Origin: Candidatus Eiseniibacteriota bacterium
Lineage (GTDB): Bacteria > Eisenbacteria > RBG-16-71-46 > CAIMUX01 > VGJL01
Assembly (NCBI GenBank): GCA_963792585.1
Contig: CAWBWI010000003.1
Span: 960,001-1,024,000, forward strand
DNA length: 64,000 nucleotides
Direction: 5' to 3'
The notes under the pieces were generated by a model that searched no databases, was not told the DNA's origin, and was given only the letters and a program-made list of their open reading frames with translations. The position numbers and the translations under genes were made by a program. Shown in pieces: positions 20,244 to 31,594 of the stretch. Positions within the stretch are counted from its first letter, which is position 1, and each line of letters opens with the position of its first letter.

Positions 20244-22451
20244 CTACCGAATGACGACGACCGAGCGGGTAGCGTCCATCCCCGGCCCGCGCAGCCGCAC
20301 AAAGTAGGTCCCCGCCGCCACGGGTCGGTTCATGCCGTCGCGCCCGTCCCAGGTAAGCGACCGCCGACCGCTTTCCGAGATCTCCCCGTCGCCGAGGGTG
20401 CGGATCCTGCGCCCGGCCACGTCGAGCACCTCGACCGACGATGAGCCTCGAGTCGACTGCTGGAACTCGAGCCGCACCGGGCACCGGGTCGGATTCGGTT
20501 CGATCGTGAACAAGCGGGACGCCGCTTCTTCTCCTGGGACCGAGGCCGTCAAGCGGTGCAGCGGCACGACCTGAATCCCTTCCCTCTCGTCCGCGATGAA
20601 GATGGACTCGGGACCGACATCCATTCCGTAGACCTGACCCGCAGTATCCACCTCGCCGATCAGCTGTGGGTTCGAGGGATCGGGTCCGAGGTCCCATAGC
20701 TGCATGCCGAGATCGAGCCGAGCCGTATAGAGGATCGACCCTATGACGGCGCAATCGAGGGTCACGAAATTCGGATGCACGCTCGCGACCACCGGATGGT
20801 CCGGGTCGGCGACATCCGCGACCCACATGCCGGAATACCCGTCCGCGATGTATGCATACTGCCCGCTGACCGCCACGCCGCCTGCATATCCCCAGGATTG
20901 GAGGGGTGACGACAAGGTGCCCCGCCCCACGGGATGCGCCGGGTCGCTGACGTCCACGATGGCCAACTCGTGCCAGGAGCCTCCCAGGTAGACGAAGGGC
21001 CAGGCGACGTCCACCCCACGCGCCTCGCCGATCGAGCCCGGGTAGGTCGAGAGGACGACCGGATGGGCCGTGTCCGTCGCATCGACGACGACGAGATTCA
21101 CGCTGCCGTTCGCGATGAAGACGTAGTTGCCGGAAACCGCGAGATCGTACTCGTACTCGCCCGGCATCGCCGTGTGTGACAGGTAGTGCGGCTGGTCGGG
21201 GAGCGTGACATCGACAAGGTGAAGCCCGGTGGTCCCGAGGACGTAGGCGAGATTCCCCACGAGCACCAGATCGTACGCGTCTCCGGCCTCCGGAACTTGC
21301 GCGACGATCCCGCCCCCGACCAGGTCGATCACCGAGAGGCCCTCGCCACGATCCGCCACGAGCGCATAGTGATCAACGAGCGCAACATCCTCCGCGAAGT
21401 CCCCGGTCGGGTACCGGTCCAGGATCGGGACCCCTCGCGGATGCGAGACGTCGACGATGTTGAGGCCCCAGATGTCGTCGGCCACATAGGCGATGCCGTC
21501 CTCCACCGCGACATCCGTGACGTCCCAGAAGCCTCCGGCCGTATGTCCGACCACCGTCGGGAGAGCGGGATCGCTCACGTCGATCGTCTCGAGGCTCATG
21601 TTCGTCCAGAAGCCCGCGGTGCAGGCATACACATACGGATAGGCGGCGTCGATCGCGCGCGCGATCGGATACTGGAGGGAATGAGAGGAAACCTCCGTAG
21701 GGTTCGCGGGGTCGGAAACGTCGTAGATCGCAAGCTGGCTCAGGTTCTGGTTCGCCTGGCGGATCGCATAGAGCATGCCTCCCTCGAAAGTCAGGCCGCG
21801 AATCCCGGATCCGCCGATCCGGGAAATCTGGACGACATGCGTCGGATCGCTCGCATCAAGAATGTACAAGTATGGTGGAGCCGCCAGGAAGACGGTCGTG
21901 CCGGAGACCTCGACCGCAGTTCCGGCGCTCGCCCCGAAGGCGCCCACGGCGGTTCCTTGCCCGATGACGGAGCCGACGTCGATCACCCTCAGGCCACCGG
22001 CATCCGCGACGTAGGCGTACCCGCCCTCCACGGCGACATCATTGGCGTTGCCCGACACCGCCACGCGGTCCGTGATGGTAGGGCTGGCCGGAACGACAAT
22101 GCGGACGATATCGAGACCGCGGGATCCGACGGCGACGTAGGCATAGAAGCCCGAGACCGCGATGGCCGTCGCCTGTTCGGAGAGGGTGACATGTCCAACC
22201 GTCCAGGGCGCCGTGGGGACGCCGGTGTTGATCACCCAAAACTGGTGGCCGGCCACGAACGCCCGGCCCCCGAGGGTGGCGACGGCAGTCGCTTCATCGC
22301 CTCCATCGTCCACGAAGTGGTTGGCGACGATTCCCTTCAGGAAGTCGCCGTAATCGATCGACTCCGCCCGCGCGATCGAGGGTGGGGTCGCGATCATCCA
22401 GAGCAGAGAGAGGGGGGCGAGGGCGCGCACGAAAGTGCTTCCAACACGCAT
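20244..22451 (-). CDS. Secreted LVIVD-repeat protein with C-terminal FlgD-Ig/T9SS-like domain
   Basis: Signal peptide, many AYVAD..GL.IVDVS.P repeats, PNP...DVAGR...WDGRDG...VAAGTYFVRL. Confidence 0.88.
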   Translation of the reverse strand: MRVGSTFVRALAPLSLLWMIATPPSIARAESIDYGDFLKGIVANHFVDDGGDEATAVATLGGRAFVAGHQFWVINTGVPTAPWTVGHVTLSEQATAIAVSGFYAYVAVGSRGLDIVRIVVPASPTITDRVAVSGNANDVAVEGGYAYVADAGGLRVIDVGSVIGQGTAVGAFGASAGTAVEVSGTTVFLAAPPYLYILDASDPTHVVQISRIGGSGIRGLTFEGGMLYAIRQANQNLSQLAIYDVSDPANPTEVSSHSLQYPIARAIDAAYPYVYACTAGFWTNMSLETIDVSDPALPTVVGHTAGGFWDVTDVAVEDGIAYVADDIWGLNIVDVSHPRGVPILDRYPTGDFAEDVALVDHYALVADRGEGLSVIDLVGGGIVAQVPEAGDAYDLVLVGNLAYVLGTTGLHLVDVTLPDQPHYLSHTAMPGEYEYDLAVSGNYVFIANGSVNLVVVDATDTAHPVVLSTYPGSIGEARGVDVAWPFVYLGGSWHELAIVDVSDPAHPVGRGTLSSPLQSWGYAGGVAVSGQYAYIADGYSGMWVADVADPDHPVVASVHPNFVTLDCAVIGSILYTARLDLGMQLWDLGPDPSNPQLIGEVDTAGQVYGMDVGPESIFIADEREGIQVVPLHRLTASVPGEEAASRLFTIEPNPTRCPVRLEFQQSTRGSSSVEVLDVAGRRIRTLGDGEISESGRRSLTWDGRDGMNRPVAAGTYFVRLRGPGMDATRSVVVIR

Positions 22452-22781
22452 GATTCACCTCCGGAAGCGGTCCGGTTCCATGGAGCTTTGGCGCGCGACC
22501 AGTCTACCGGCGAACGGATCTCGATACAAGCCGCGGCCACGACCGCAGCCGCCGCGTCCGCCGCGGGTGATGCGTCAGGTTTTGTGTCAGGCGACGAGAA
22601 GGAGCCGGTCTCCAGCGGTCCTGAGCGGATCGCAGGAACGTGTTACCCCAGGTCGCCGTTCGCGACGGTCGAGAGGGTGCGTCTCGCGGGCCGGGTGACC
22701 AAGGGGCGGATGAACCGATACATCGGCGAGACTCTGCCGATCCGGGGATGCAGAGCGGACCACTCAAGGGCCTCAAACGGG

Positions 22782-24317
22782 CTATGCCGCTCGAACCCCC
22801 TGCGCCTGCCTGCGCACCATCGTGTCGCGAATCACCTCGAGCGTCCGCACGCAAGCGGGCATCCACTCACCGGCGCGCTCCTGGGCGCACACGGTGACAT
22901 TCGGATACCAGTGCGCCCAGCGCCAGTCCCAGTCGGGGCTGGCGAGAATACAGGTGGGGACGCCCATCGCCGCCGACAGGTTCGGTATCGCGGTCTCCGT
23001 GGAGACGACGAGGTCGAGGTCACGGATCACGCGCGCGGTATCGAGGAAGTCGCTCGCCTCGCGTAGGGGCCGCGGCAGCCCGACCGCCTCAGCTTCCTCC
23101 TCGAGGTGCCCCTTGTGAAGGGAGACCCATTCGACACCGGCGGCCTGCAGCAGGATCGAGAAGGACGACAGGTGCGTGGAGCGCACTGCGTCGAACGCGA
23201 ACTTGGGGTTGCCCGCCCAGTTGAGGCCGACACGCAGCGACGCGTCGCGCCCGTTTTCGGCGCCGTCCAGCGGTGACGAATCGGCTGGAGCGGACTCCGG
23301 CAACCGGATCCACGGCGCGCGCGGGATCCGCTCTACGGAATCGACGCCGAGCAACCACGGCAGGCTCATCGTCGCGCACCAGTGTCCGTAGCGAATGCCC
23401 TCGAGCGTGGTGACAACCTCGATTTCGGGGAACACCGCTTCGAGAAGCCGTGCCAGCGGGGGCTGCACGAACGCGACCACGTGCGCGAACCGTTCCCTCA
23501 GCGCGGGCCAGAACCGACACATGAGAAGCGTGTCGCCCATTCCCTGCTCGTGCACGACCAGAAGGGTCTGCTTCGGGTGCGCCTTGCCGGTCCACTCCGG
23601 TTTCGACAACCCGCGGCCGACGCCCAGCAGCGATTTGCGCATCTCCAGGAGCGGCAAGCCTTCGGCAATCGCCCCCTCCAGCATCAGCGCGTAGCCCAGA
23701 TTGAAGCGCGCCCGGGGGTCGGATCCGGCGGAGCGAAAAGCTTCCTTCGCCTCCTCCAGCCTGCGCTGTGCCTTGAGCGCGAGTCCCAGGTTCAACCAAG
23801 CCGCGGTGTGGCCCGGTGCGATGCGGAGTGCCGATCGCGACCACTTTTCCGCGGAAGCCCAATCGCCGGCGCGGTGGAGGGCGGAGGCCATGTTCACCAT
23901 GGCGTCCAGGTTCGGCATTTCCATCGTGGCGGCCTCGGAGAAGTAGGCCATCGCCGTCTCGAGATCTCCGCGCTCCATCGCCGCAAGGCCCAAGAGAAGG
24001 ACCGGCCGCGCCCGATCGGGACCGCAGCGCTTCGCCAGCATGGCCTCGCGTTCGGCGCCGTCGAGATCCCCTCGTTTCAGGAGCGTCGCCGAGAGGGCCT
24101 CGAGCAGCTCGGGTCGCATGGGCGCGAGACCTACGGCCCGCTCGAACAGCTCGATCGCCTCGTTGACGTGGCCGCCATCGCGCCGCAGGCACCCGAGCAG
24201 GTAGATCAACTCGGCATGGTCGGGATTCATTGACAACAGAGCGCGGGCGTCACGCTCGGCCCTGCGATGATCGCCGGTGCGGTACAGCGACCGCACGGAT
24301 TCAATGGACGGCTTCAT
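22782..24317 (-). CDS. TPR-repeat protein with C-terminal GT-B (GT9-like) glycosyltransferase domain
   Basis: TPR helices, EQGMGDTL, VGLNWAGNP, DFLDTA..I..LDLVVS.ET, DWRW. Confidence 0.82.
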   Translation of the reverse strand: MKPSIESVRSLYRTGDHRRAERDARALLSMNPDHAELIYLLGCLRRDGGHVNEAIELFERAVGLAPMRPELLEALSATLLKRGDLDGAEREAMLAKRCGPDRARPVLLLGLAAMERGDLETAMAYFSEAATMEMPNLDAMVNMASALHRAGDWASAEKWSRSALRIAPGHTAAWLNLGLALKAQRRLEEAKEAFRSAGSDPRARFNLGYALMLEGAIAEGLPLLEMRKSLLGVGRGLSKPEWTGKAHPKQTLLVVHEQGMGDTLLMCRFWPALRERFAHVVAFVQPPLARLLEAVFPEIEVVTTLEGIRYGHWCATMSLPWLLGVDSVERIPRAPWIRLPESAPADSSPLDGAENGRDASLRVGLNWAGNPKFAFDAVRSTHLSSFSILLQAAGVEWVSLHKGHLEEEAEAVGLPRPLREASDFLDTARVIRDLDLVVSTETAIPNLSAAMGVPTCILASPDWDWRWAHWYPNVTVCAQERAGEWMPACVRTLEVIRDTMVRRQAQGVRAA

Positions 24318-25110
24318 GCAACCCATCCTGGAGTTCGAGAACACGGAGATAGCAGTCGAGCCGGTTGCGTTCGAGCCGGGCGAGCAACGGGTTCAAGTGG
24401 TACGGCCCCAGCAAACCAGCGAGTTCCTTGGACCATGGCGCGTCCCGTTCGAATAGGACACCCAGACCGAAGACCGCCGGGATGTGCGCCCACAGGAGCC
24501 GCTCCTCCTTGCCGATGACGAAGTCCTCGATCGCGGTCAGCACCCCGTTCTTTGGTCCGCCTTCGCGCAGCGCGCACGCCCACCGGCCTTCGCCGCGAAA
24601 TCCACCCAAGACGGCCTCCGGCACATCCAGGGTGACGCCACGGTCGAAGGCGTGGGGGTGCCGGAAGCTCGGCGGGATCCGGTCCGGGGCGTAGTAGAGA
24701 TCGCGTCGTCCCCAGGGCCAGCCCACGTCGTGATAGAAGACCAGGAAATCGCCATCCTTCTCCCGGACCCGCTCCCAAATGGCCTGCGATTCGTGGTAGA
24801 CGGTCCACCAGTTATGGTCCCCGTCGATGATCCAGGCGTCGGCGTTCAGCGACGAGATCGAGGCGATGGAGGTGTCGCGCACCAGGCGCGCGTGGCTTGC
24901 CGAGGCGAAGAGGGCCTCCACGTCCGGGTCCGGCGATGGATCGATGCTGACGAAGCTTCCGCCGGTTTGCTGCGTGTGGTCGAGCAACAGTCGCGTCATC
25001 GTCCCCGCCTCCGCGCCGACCTCGACAACATGGCGCGCCCCGGCGATGGACAAGGCGGGGAGAATCAGATCGGAGAACTCCGCCATCGAGTGAATGAGCA
25101 GGTTCGACAT
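24301..25110 (-). CDS. Class I SAM methyltransferase (Methyltransf_24-like)
   Basis: VVEVGAEAG, IDGDHNW, HDVGWP, NGVLTAIEDF. Confidence 0.82.
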   Translation of the reverse strand: MSNLLIHSMAEFSDLILPALSIAGARHVVEVGAEAGTMTRLLLDHTQQTGGSFVSIDPSPDPDVEALFASASHARLVRDTSIASISSLNADAWIIDGDHNWWTVYHESQAIWERVREKDGDFLVFYHDVGWPWGRRDLYYAPDRIPPSFRHPHAFDRGVTLDVPEAVLGGFRGEGRWACALREGGPKNGVLTAIEDFVIGKEERLLWAHIPAVFGLGVLFERDAPWSKELAGLLGPYHLNPLLARLERNRLDCYLRVLELQDGLHEAVH

Positions 25111-25111
25111 T

Positions 25112-27592
25112 TCAAGCTCCCGGGAGAAGGCCAAAGAAGACATCCGCGTCCACGGCGCCGCGAAAATCGGCGGGATGCCGGGCGGGGATCGTGATCCGGT
25201 GCGGGTCGCCCTCGACAAGCCACAGGAGTCCGTACAGGTGGCGGAAGCCGTGCATCTCGAGATCTGCGGGCTCGAGAGTGTCGACCGCGACCTCGCCCGA
25301 CGCCGAGCGCCAGTGCAGCCTGATGCCTGCGAGCCGCAGGGCTTCGCCGACCGTGCCGATGCTGATCGCAAAGCCTCCCGGCGGGCGGTCGTCAACGGTG
25401 AGGGTGAAACGCTGCCAGCGCCTGCCGCGATGGTTGAGCGTGTACGAGACGGTGCTGGACTGGCGCCGTGTGAATCCGGCGCCCGAGTCCCACCAGAACG
25501 TCGCCTCGCGCGGAGCTTCGGCAGCCTCGAAGATTTCCGGCGGCACGGTGCGCATGTATATGTGCGCAACGGCGTCCCCCAGCCCTTGCGACATCGAGGC
25601 GGCGAGCCCGAACGGCCAGTATATCCGGGTGTGCGGCAGACTCGCGAGCTGGTGGGCGGAGATATGTTCCCGCTCCCACTCGTGCATTCCGACGGAGGTA
25701 AGGAGCGTTCGAACTTCTTCCGAGCCGAAGTTCTCGTCGTGACTCCAGGCGCCGAAGAGCTCCAGCTCGATCGGTAGCGGCTGCGCAACGGCGTTCATCG
25801 CGATCGATCGGTAGAGCGTGTGGAGCGACTCCACGTCCGAGATGCCGTGCGCGGCCCGGTGCGCCGCCCAACCGCGCGCCCAGTTCAGCAACCCGCGCTG
25901 CACATCGGCGATTGCCAGCCGCTGAGCAGACGCGACGTGCAGGGCGTCCAGCACCGGAGTGCCGTCCTCCGCGTGACCGATCGTCGTGCCGCAATCGGCC
26001 ATCAGGCTCTGCTCGGCGATCTCGGGCGACCGCACGAACGTGTGCGCCATGCAGGTCGGCTGGCCGTTTTCCGCAAGCCAGCCCTCGAGCACCGTACCCG
26101 TACGCTGGGTCTCGGAAGCCTCGGTCCCGGTGACCAGGTAGAGCCCGTGAAGCGCGAGCCCCTTGCGTTCGCGGGCCAGGATCCGTTGCAGGCAACCTTG
26201 GATGGTGCCCTTGTAGCCCAGGTCGACCACTGCGACCGTTCCGCCGTACTCGGGGCCGAGCAGCGAATCCAGGTGCGCGAGGAGCCGGTTGCGGGTCACG
26301 CGACTCTCATCGACCACCTTGCGCCGGAGATCGTGATCCCGCGCGATTCGCCTGACGAGGGCCATGCACTCCGCAGGCTGCAAGCGCTCATCCGGGTCGC
26401 CAGGGACATCGTCGACAGTGAGCCCCAGTTGCCGGAGGATGCGACCGCGGAGCTGCGCGGACGGGCGGAGCACGAATGCCCGAAGCTCATCTTCCGATCC
26501 ATCGATGATGGCCGACTTGAGGGTGACGTAGCGTGACACAAAGCACTCATGCGTGATCGGTCCGTCCGAGTGGGTGTCGATGACCTGCTTGAAGACACGG
26601 CCCTCCCGCATGAGGCAGAGGGCATGCCGGATCTTGAGATCGGCGCAGCGTTCCACCACCCAGTCGCCGAATCCGGCGATCACCGGCCCAAGGACGCCGG
26701 CTCCCCAGCGTTCATGGGGCGACACGTCCTGGAACAGGGCGCGACCGCGCAGCGCGGTGAGGCCCGCATCATCGGCGCGGACAAACTCCTCACGGCGGCT
26801 CAGCGACGCCGGCCATTCTCGCGTGATCAACCGCTCGTATTCCGGAGGGAACTTGCCGAGATGGAACCCCTCGATGCGGGACGCCTTCGGCCCCTCGACG
26901 TCCGCCTGCTCGTTGTCGCCCACGTGCAACACACGGTTGGGGGGAACCTTGCACTGGGCCAGGAGGATTCGGTGCAGCCCGTGGTACTTGGAGACGCCGT
27001 GCGCGCATGACGGGATCACGAAATCCGCCTCGATACCGGCCAGAAGACGCAATTGCGGCGCCGTGAAGTAGGTGTCGGAGACGAGCGCGACCTTGAGACC
27101 TCTGGAGCGCGCGTGCTGCGCGAGGGCCGCAACGTCAGGATGCGGCGACACGAGCGCGCGCTCGATCTCGAACTCCAAGGAGGCGCCGGCAGCGGGGCCG
27201 ACTCCGCGCAGGTAGCCGGCGGGAAACTGCTCCCAGATCTGCTCGAGCGTAACTTCCATCCCGCGCACTCGCTCGCGCGCACGGATCTCAGCCTGGATAC
27301 GAACCTGAACGAAACTGGCGCGCGTACTCGAGGGCCAGATCGCGCCACGTTCGATGAGGCTGTCGGCGATCAGGAAGAACGCATCGGTCGGCAGGGCCAC
27401 ACGCCGCCAAACCAAGGTATCGAAGACGTCGAGGCTGAGCACGTCATAGGCGCCGGACTCGATGCGCCGGGTGAGTTCGGCAATGCGGGCGTCGGCGAAC
27501 GGCGCGGCCGTAGTCGGTGAAGCCGGCGGGTTCATCGGAGCCGTCACCGTGCAACCAGTGGCCGGAACTGACGTTGGGATGGGGTTGATCAT
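25112..27592 (-). CDS. Large HAD-superfamily hydrolase of the glycan-locus type
   Basis: SLDVFDTLV (DxxDT), SDTY, K, HVGDN..AD, LMREG, VVDLGYKGTIQ; start may be at 27535. Confidence 0.8.
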   Translation of the reverse strand: MINPIPTSVPATGCTVTAPMNPPASPTTAAPFADARIAELTRRIESGAYDVLSLDVFDTLVWRRVALPTDAFFLIADSLIERGAIWPSSTRASFVQVRIQAEIRARERVRGMEVTLEQIWEQFPAGYLRGVGPAAGASLEFEIERALVSPHPDVAALAQHARSRGLKVALVSDTYFTAPQLRLLAGIEADFVIPSCAHGVSKYHGLHRILLAQCKVPPNRVLHVGDNEQADVEGPKASRIEGFHLGKFPPEYERLITREWPASLSRREEFVRADDAGLTALRGRALFQDVSPHERWGAGVLGPVIAGFGDWVVERCADLKIRHALCLMREGRVFKQVIDTHSDGPITHECFVSRYVTLKSAIIDGSEDELRAFVLRPSAQLRGRILRQLGLTVDDVPGDPDERLQPAECMALVRRIARDHDLRRKVVDESRVTRNRLLAHLDSLLGPEYGGTVAVVDLGYKGTIQGCLQRILARERKGLALHGLYLVTGTEASETQRTGTVLEGWLAENGQPTCMAHTFVRSPEIAEQSLMADCGTTIGHAEDGTPVLDALHVASAQRLAIADVQRGLLNWARGWAAHRAAHGISDVESLHTLYRSIAMNAVAQPLPIELELFGAWSHDENFGSEEVRTLLTSVGMHEWEREHISAHQLASLPHTRIYWPFGLAASMSQGLGDAVAHIYMRTVPPEIFEAAEAPREATFWWDSGAGFTRRQSSTVSYTLNHRGRRWQRFTLTVDDRPPGGFAISIGTVGEALRLAGIRLHWRSASGEVAVDTLEPADLEMHGFRHLYGLLWLVEGDPHRITIPARHPADFRGAVDADVFFGLLPGA

Positions 27593-27601
27593 GCTGCCTC
27601 G

Positions 27602-27629
27602 ATATCGGCCCGAGGCGGGTCGGAGTTGA
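27602..27629 (-). promoter_or_regulatory. Putative sigma28 (FliA/SigD)-type promoter
   Basis: Minus strand TCAA-N16-GCCGATAT. Confidence 0.45.
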
Positions 27630-27859
27630 GCAAAAATCACCAATTCCGGGTCTGGATCATGGATTTTGCACGATGGGGGAGTTCCACGGGGGGTGTGGGG
27701 CAGGGAGCGCGTGCGGGCGCTCGCCCCCAACCGGCCGCCTTCACATCGGCGGATTCGTGGCTTCGCGCCAACAACTGTCACTGCCGCAACGGAATGCCGA
27801 TGAGCCGAGGCTTTGGGCGGTCAACCCGGGGCGTGCGTCACCTTCGAGTCTGTGGCGCC

Positions 27860-28369
27860 CTAGTGCCCGTAGTCCTTCAGATAGTCGATGAACTCCTCGA
27901 CCTCGAAGGACTCGATCGGCCGGGACGGCTCGGTGTCCCCGTCCCCTTCGTCGTCGTCCTCGTCCACCGCGTCCCCTTGGGACTCGCGGAACCAGCCGCG
28001 GAGATCGGTCTCGAATTCCCCCGGGCCCTTCAGGAGTTCGTCGAACTTGCCCCACCACTCGAGATCCGCATTGTCGTCGAGGATCTCGTTGATCTCCTGG
28101 CGAAGCTTCTCGGTGAGCGCGACGGGGCGCTTCACGCGGCGGCGGATCTCCTCGAGGCCCACGGTCAGTTTGTCGAGGTCGGGCTCGGAGCCCGCGGCGT
28201 AGACGGCCGGCTCGGCGTCGACGAATGTGTCGAGCAGTTCGTCGGCCGTGCGAAACCAGGTGAAGATCCCGACGACGTCGCTGACGAAGCAGCCGAAGGG
28301 ATACTCGCGGGGATCCCGGTCGCTCGCCTCCTCCAGCACCTGCGGGAAACCGAACTCGTTCAGGTCCAT
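27860..28369 (-). CDS. Acidic hypothetical protein
   Basis: RBS AGGAGG, natural composition, co-directional with the esterase. Confidence 0.7.
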   Translation of the reverse strand: MDLNEFGFPQVLEEASDRDPREYPFGCFVSDVVGIFTWFRTADELLDTFVDAEPAVYAAGSEPDLDKLTVGLEEIRRRVKRPVALTEKLRQEINEILDDNADLEWWGKFDELLKGPGEFETDLRGWFRESQGDAVDEDDDEGDGDTEPSRPIESFEVEEFIDYLKDYGH

Positions 28370-28380
28370 CGGATCCTCCT

Positions 28381-29385
28381 TCAGCCCGCGATTGCCTGGG
28401 AGATCAGGCCGAGCGAGCGCTCATATCGGTAGGTCACCCGCATGTGACCGTCGTCGAACTCCTCGTGCACGTGCGCGATCCCGAGCGCGCGCAGGCGGCT
28501 GGTGAAGATCCGCGCCCCGATATGGAGATTCCACTCGTCGCGCGTCCCGCAGTCAAGATAGACGAGCCGGAATCGGCGCAGGGCATCGGCCCGCCCCGCG
28601 AGCATCCGGATGGGGTCGTGGGGGAGCCAGCGCTCCCAGATCTCCGGCCGCATTTCACCCGTTTCTTCGTGGAACGGAAGATCGATGCCGAGCGCCGGGC
28701 TCAGGGGATTCGGGGAGTAGCAGGCGGACATCGCCAGGATGTTGAGGACGTCCATGCTCTCGCTCGACTTCTTGGTCTCGCGGTCGAAATGCTCGAGGAA
28801 TGCATGCACTCCGCCCCGCTTGCGCAATCCGTTGATCGCCTTCGGGAAATCGGGGAGGTAGCAGTACTCGAAATACATGTCTCCACTATGGCACGCGACG
28901 GCGCCGAAGAGCTCCGGATGCTTCATCGCGTGGACGATCGCGCCGTAGCCGCCGCTCGACTTGCCCATCACTGCGCGGTGCGCGGGATCGGCAAGCGTGC
29001 GGAAGCGCGCGTCGATCATCGGGACGATCTCGTCGACGAGGTAGTCCTCGTAGCATCCGGTTGCGCTCGAGTTGATGAACTGACTGCCCCCAAGACGGGT
29101 GAAGCAGTCGGGCATGACGAGGATCATCGGCTCCGCCAGACCCTGGGCGCGCAGCCCTTCGAGGCGCTCCGGGAGGCTCGGCGTCCACGGCTCGACGTTC
29201 ATGTACATCAGGCCGGTGCCGGTGAATCCCGTCAGGCAGTAGACGACGGGGAATCGCCGGGTGGCGTCGACGTACTCGGGGGGGAGATAGACGTGGACGT
29301 CACGCACGCAGGGATCGCCGAGCGCGTTGCCCTCGAGGGCCGCGCTCGCATGCGCGACGGCGCGGATCGTTCCCTGGATCGCCAC
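28381..29385 (-). CDS. Alpha/beta-hydrolase (putative esterase family)
   Basis: VYLPPEY, GKSSGG nucleophile elbow, DCGTRDE, FDDGH. Confidence 0.88.
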   Translation of the reverse strand: MAIQGTIRAVAHASAALEGNALGDPCVRDVHVYLPPEYVDATRRFPVVYCLTGFTGTGLMYMNVEPWTPSLPERLEGLRAQGLAEPMILVMPDCFTRLGGSQFINSSATGCYEDYLVDEIVPMIDARFRTLADPAHRAVMGKSSGGYGAIVHAMKHPELFGAVACHSGDMYFEYCYLPDFPKAINGLRKRGGVHAFLEHFDRETKKSSESMDVLNILAMSACYSPNPLSPALGIDLPFHEETGEMRPEIWERWLPHDPIRMLAGRADALRRFRLVYLDCGTRDEWNLHIGARIFTSRLRALGIAHVHEEFDDGHMRVTYRYERSLGLISQAIAG

Positions 29386-29446
29386 GGTGTCTCCCTTCCC
29401 GCCGGTCCGCGGCGGACTCTTCGGAGGCGGCGCCGGTCCTGGGGCG

Positions 29447-30365
<919 letters not shown>

Positions 30366-30369
<4 letters not shown>

Positions 30370-30839
30370 GGCTTTCCTCCTTCGGCCGTAGATCCGGCCT
30401 CCACCGGGGCGACGAACACCGTCACCCCCTCGATGCGCACCACGCGGACGCTGCGTCCGATCTCCAGCGGCACGTTTCCTTCGGCCGCCGCGCGCCACTC
30501 TTCGCCTTCCCATTTGACCCGGCCGGCCCGGTCATTGGCGATCGGCTCGCTCACGAGGACCGTACGGCCGATCAAGGCATCCGTATTGCTGGGAAGTCCC
30601 CGACGCTGCAGGCGGGCGCGGATCCGCTTGCGCCCGAGCAGGACATATGCGAGCGAGAGGATCCCTGCCGCCGCGACGCCGACGGCCGGGGAATGCGTCA
30701 GGATGCCGAGAAGACCGCCGACGAGGACCGCGGAACCGATCAGGAGGAAGTCGAAACCGCTCACGGCTCCGAGCAGGACCTCCATGAGTACGAGCGCTGC
30801 ACCGACGATGATCAAGATCCAATTGATCGATCGGGTCAT
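30366..30839 (-). CDS. NfeD-family membrane protein
   Basis: TM helices, LIGR..V...I...GRVK..GEEWRA; coupled to the SPFH gene. Confidence 0.85.
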
Positions 30840-31015
30840 GGGCACCTCCCCGAGTCCATGCGTTTACCGCATACGGGACTCTAGGGTGGTCCCCCGGGGA
30901 GGTCAAGACGGATGACCCTGTCTGCGGATGGCCCTGTCGATGTGGCGCGGTCGCTTCCGACATGGCAGAATCCGGCGCATGCGGCCGAGCACGGCCGCGC
31001 CGGAAGGAGGCTCCC

Positions 31016-31594
31016 GTGCCCGGACCATTCCTGATCGGCAAGCGTGTCCAGCTCCGGCCATTGACGGACGAGGATGCTCCACTCCTCGCGGATTGGATCA
31101 ACGATCCGGAAATCCGCAGGCTCGTGCTTTCGCGCTTCGCGAAATCGATCAAGGACGAGAAGGAATGGCTCGCGTCGATGTCCTCGACGGGAACGCCGCA
31201 GAACATCGTCCTCGGCGTCGAGGTGAAGCGCGGCAAGCGCCTGATCGGAACGGTCGGCCTGCACACGATCGATTGGGTGCAACGTCGCGCGATGACGGGA
31301 ATCCTCATTCACCCCCTCGCCTTCCGCGGCAAAGGATACGGGACCGAGGCGAAGAACCTGATGCTCGACTACGCCTTCGGCGAGCTGGGGATGCTGTCGC
31401 TCTGGGCGCTCGCCGTGGAAGGGAACGTGGCGTCGATCAGGGCCCTGCTCGAACAGGGGTACAAGCGCAGCGGCGTCCACCGTAAGTCGACCCTCGTGCA
31501 GGGAGCCTGGGTCGACTCGATCTACTTCGACATCCTTCGCGAGGAATGGGAAGAGCTGCGCGGCGGCGCACGCAGGCGGAGGACCGGAAGGTGA
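31016..31594 (+). CDS. GNAT (RimJ/RimL-like) acetyltransferase
   Basis: LRPL..ED, RGKGYGTEA, N.ASIR...GY; RBS before GTG 31016. Confidence 0.85.
   Translation: MPGPFLIGKRVQLRPLTDEDAPLLADWINDPEIRRLVLSRFAKSIKDEKEWLASMSSTGTPQNIVLGVEVKRGKRLIGTVGLHTIDWVQRRAMTGILIHPLAFRGKGYGTEAKNLMLDYAFGELGMLSLWALAVEGNVASIRALLEQGYKRSGVHRKSTLVQGAWVDSIYFDILREEWEELRGGARRRRTGR

Noticed and set aside
22574..22591. GTCAGG-N6-GTCAGG direct repeat as an OmpR-type box
   Set aside because: 12-bp period, only two copies and no cognate regulator nearby; could be chance.
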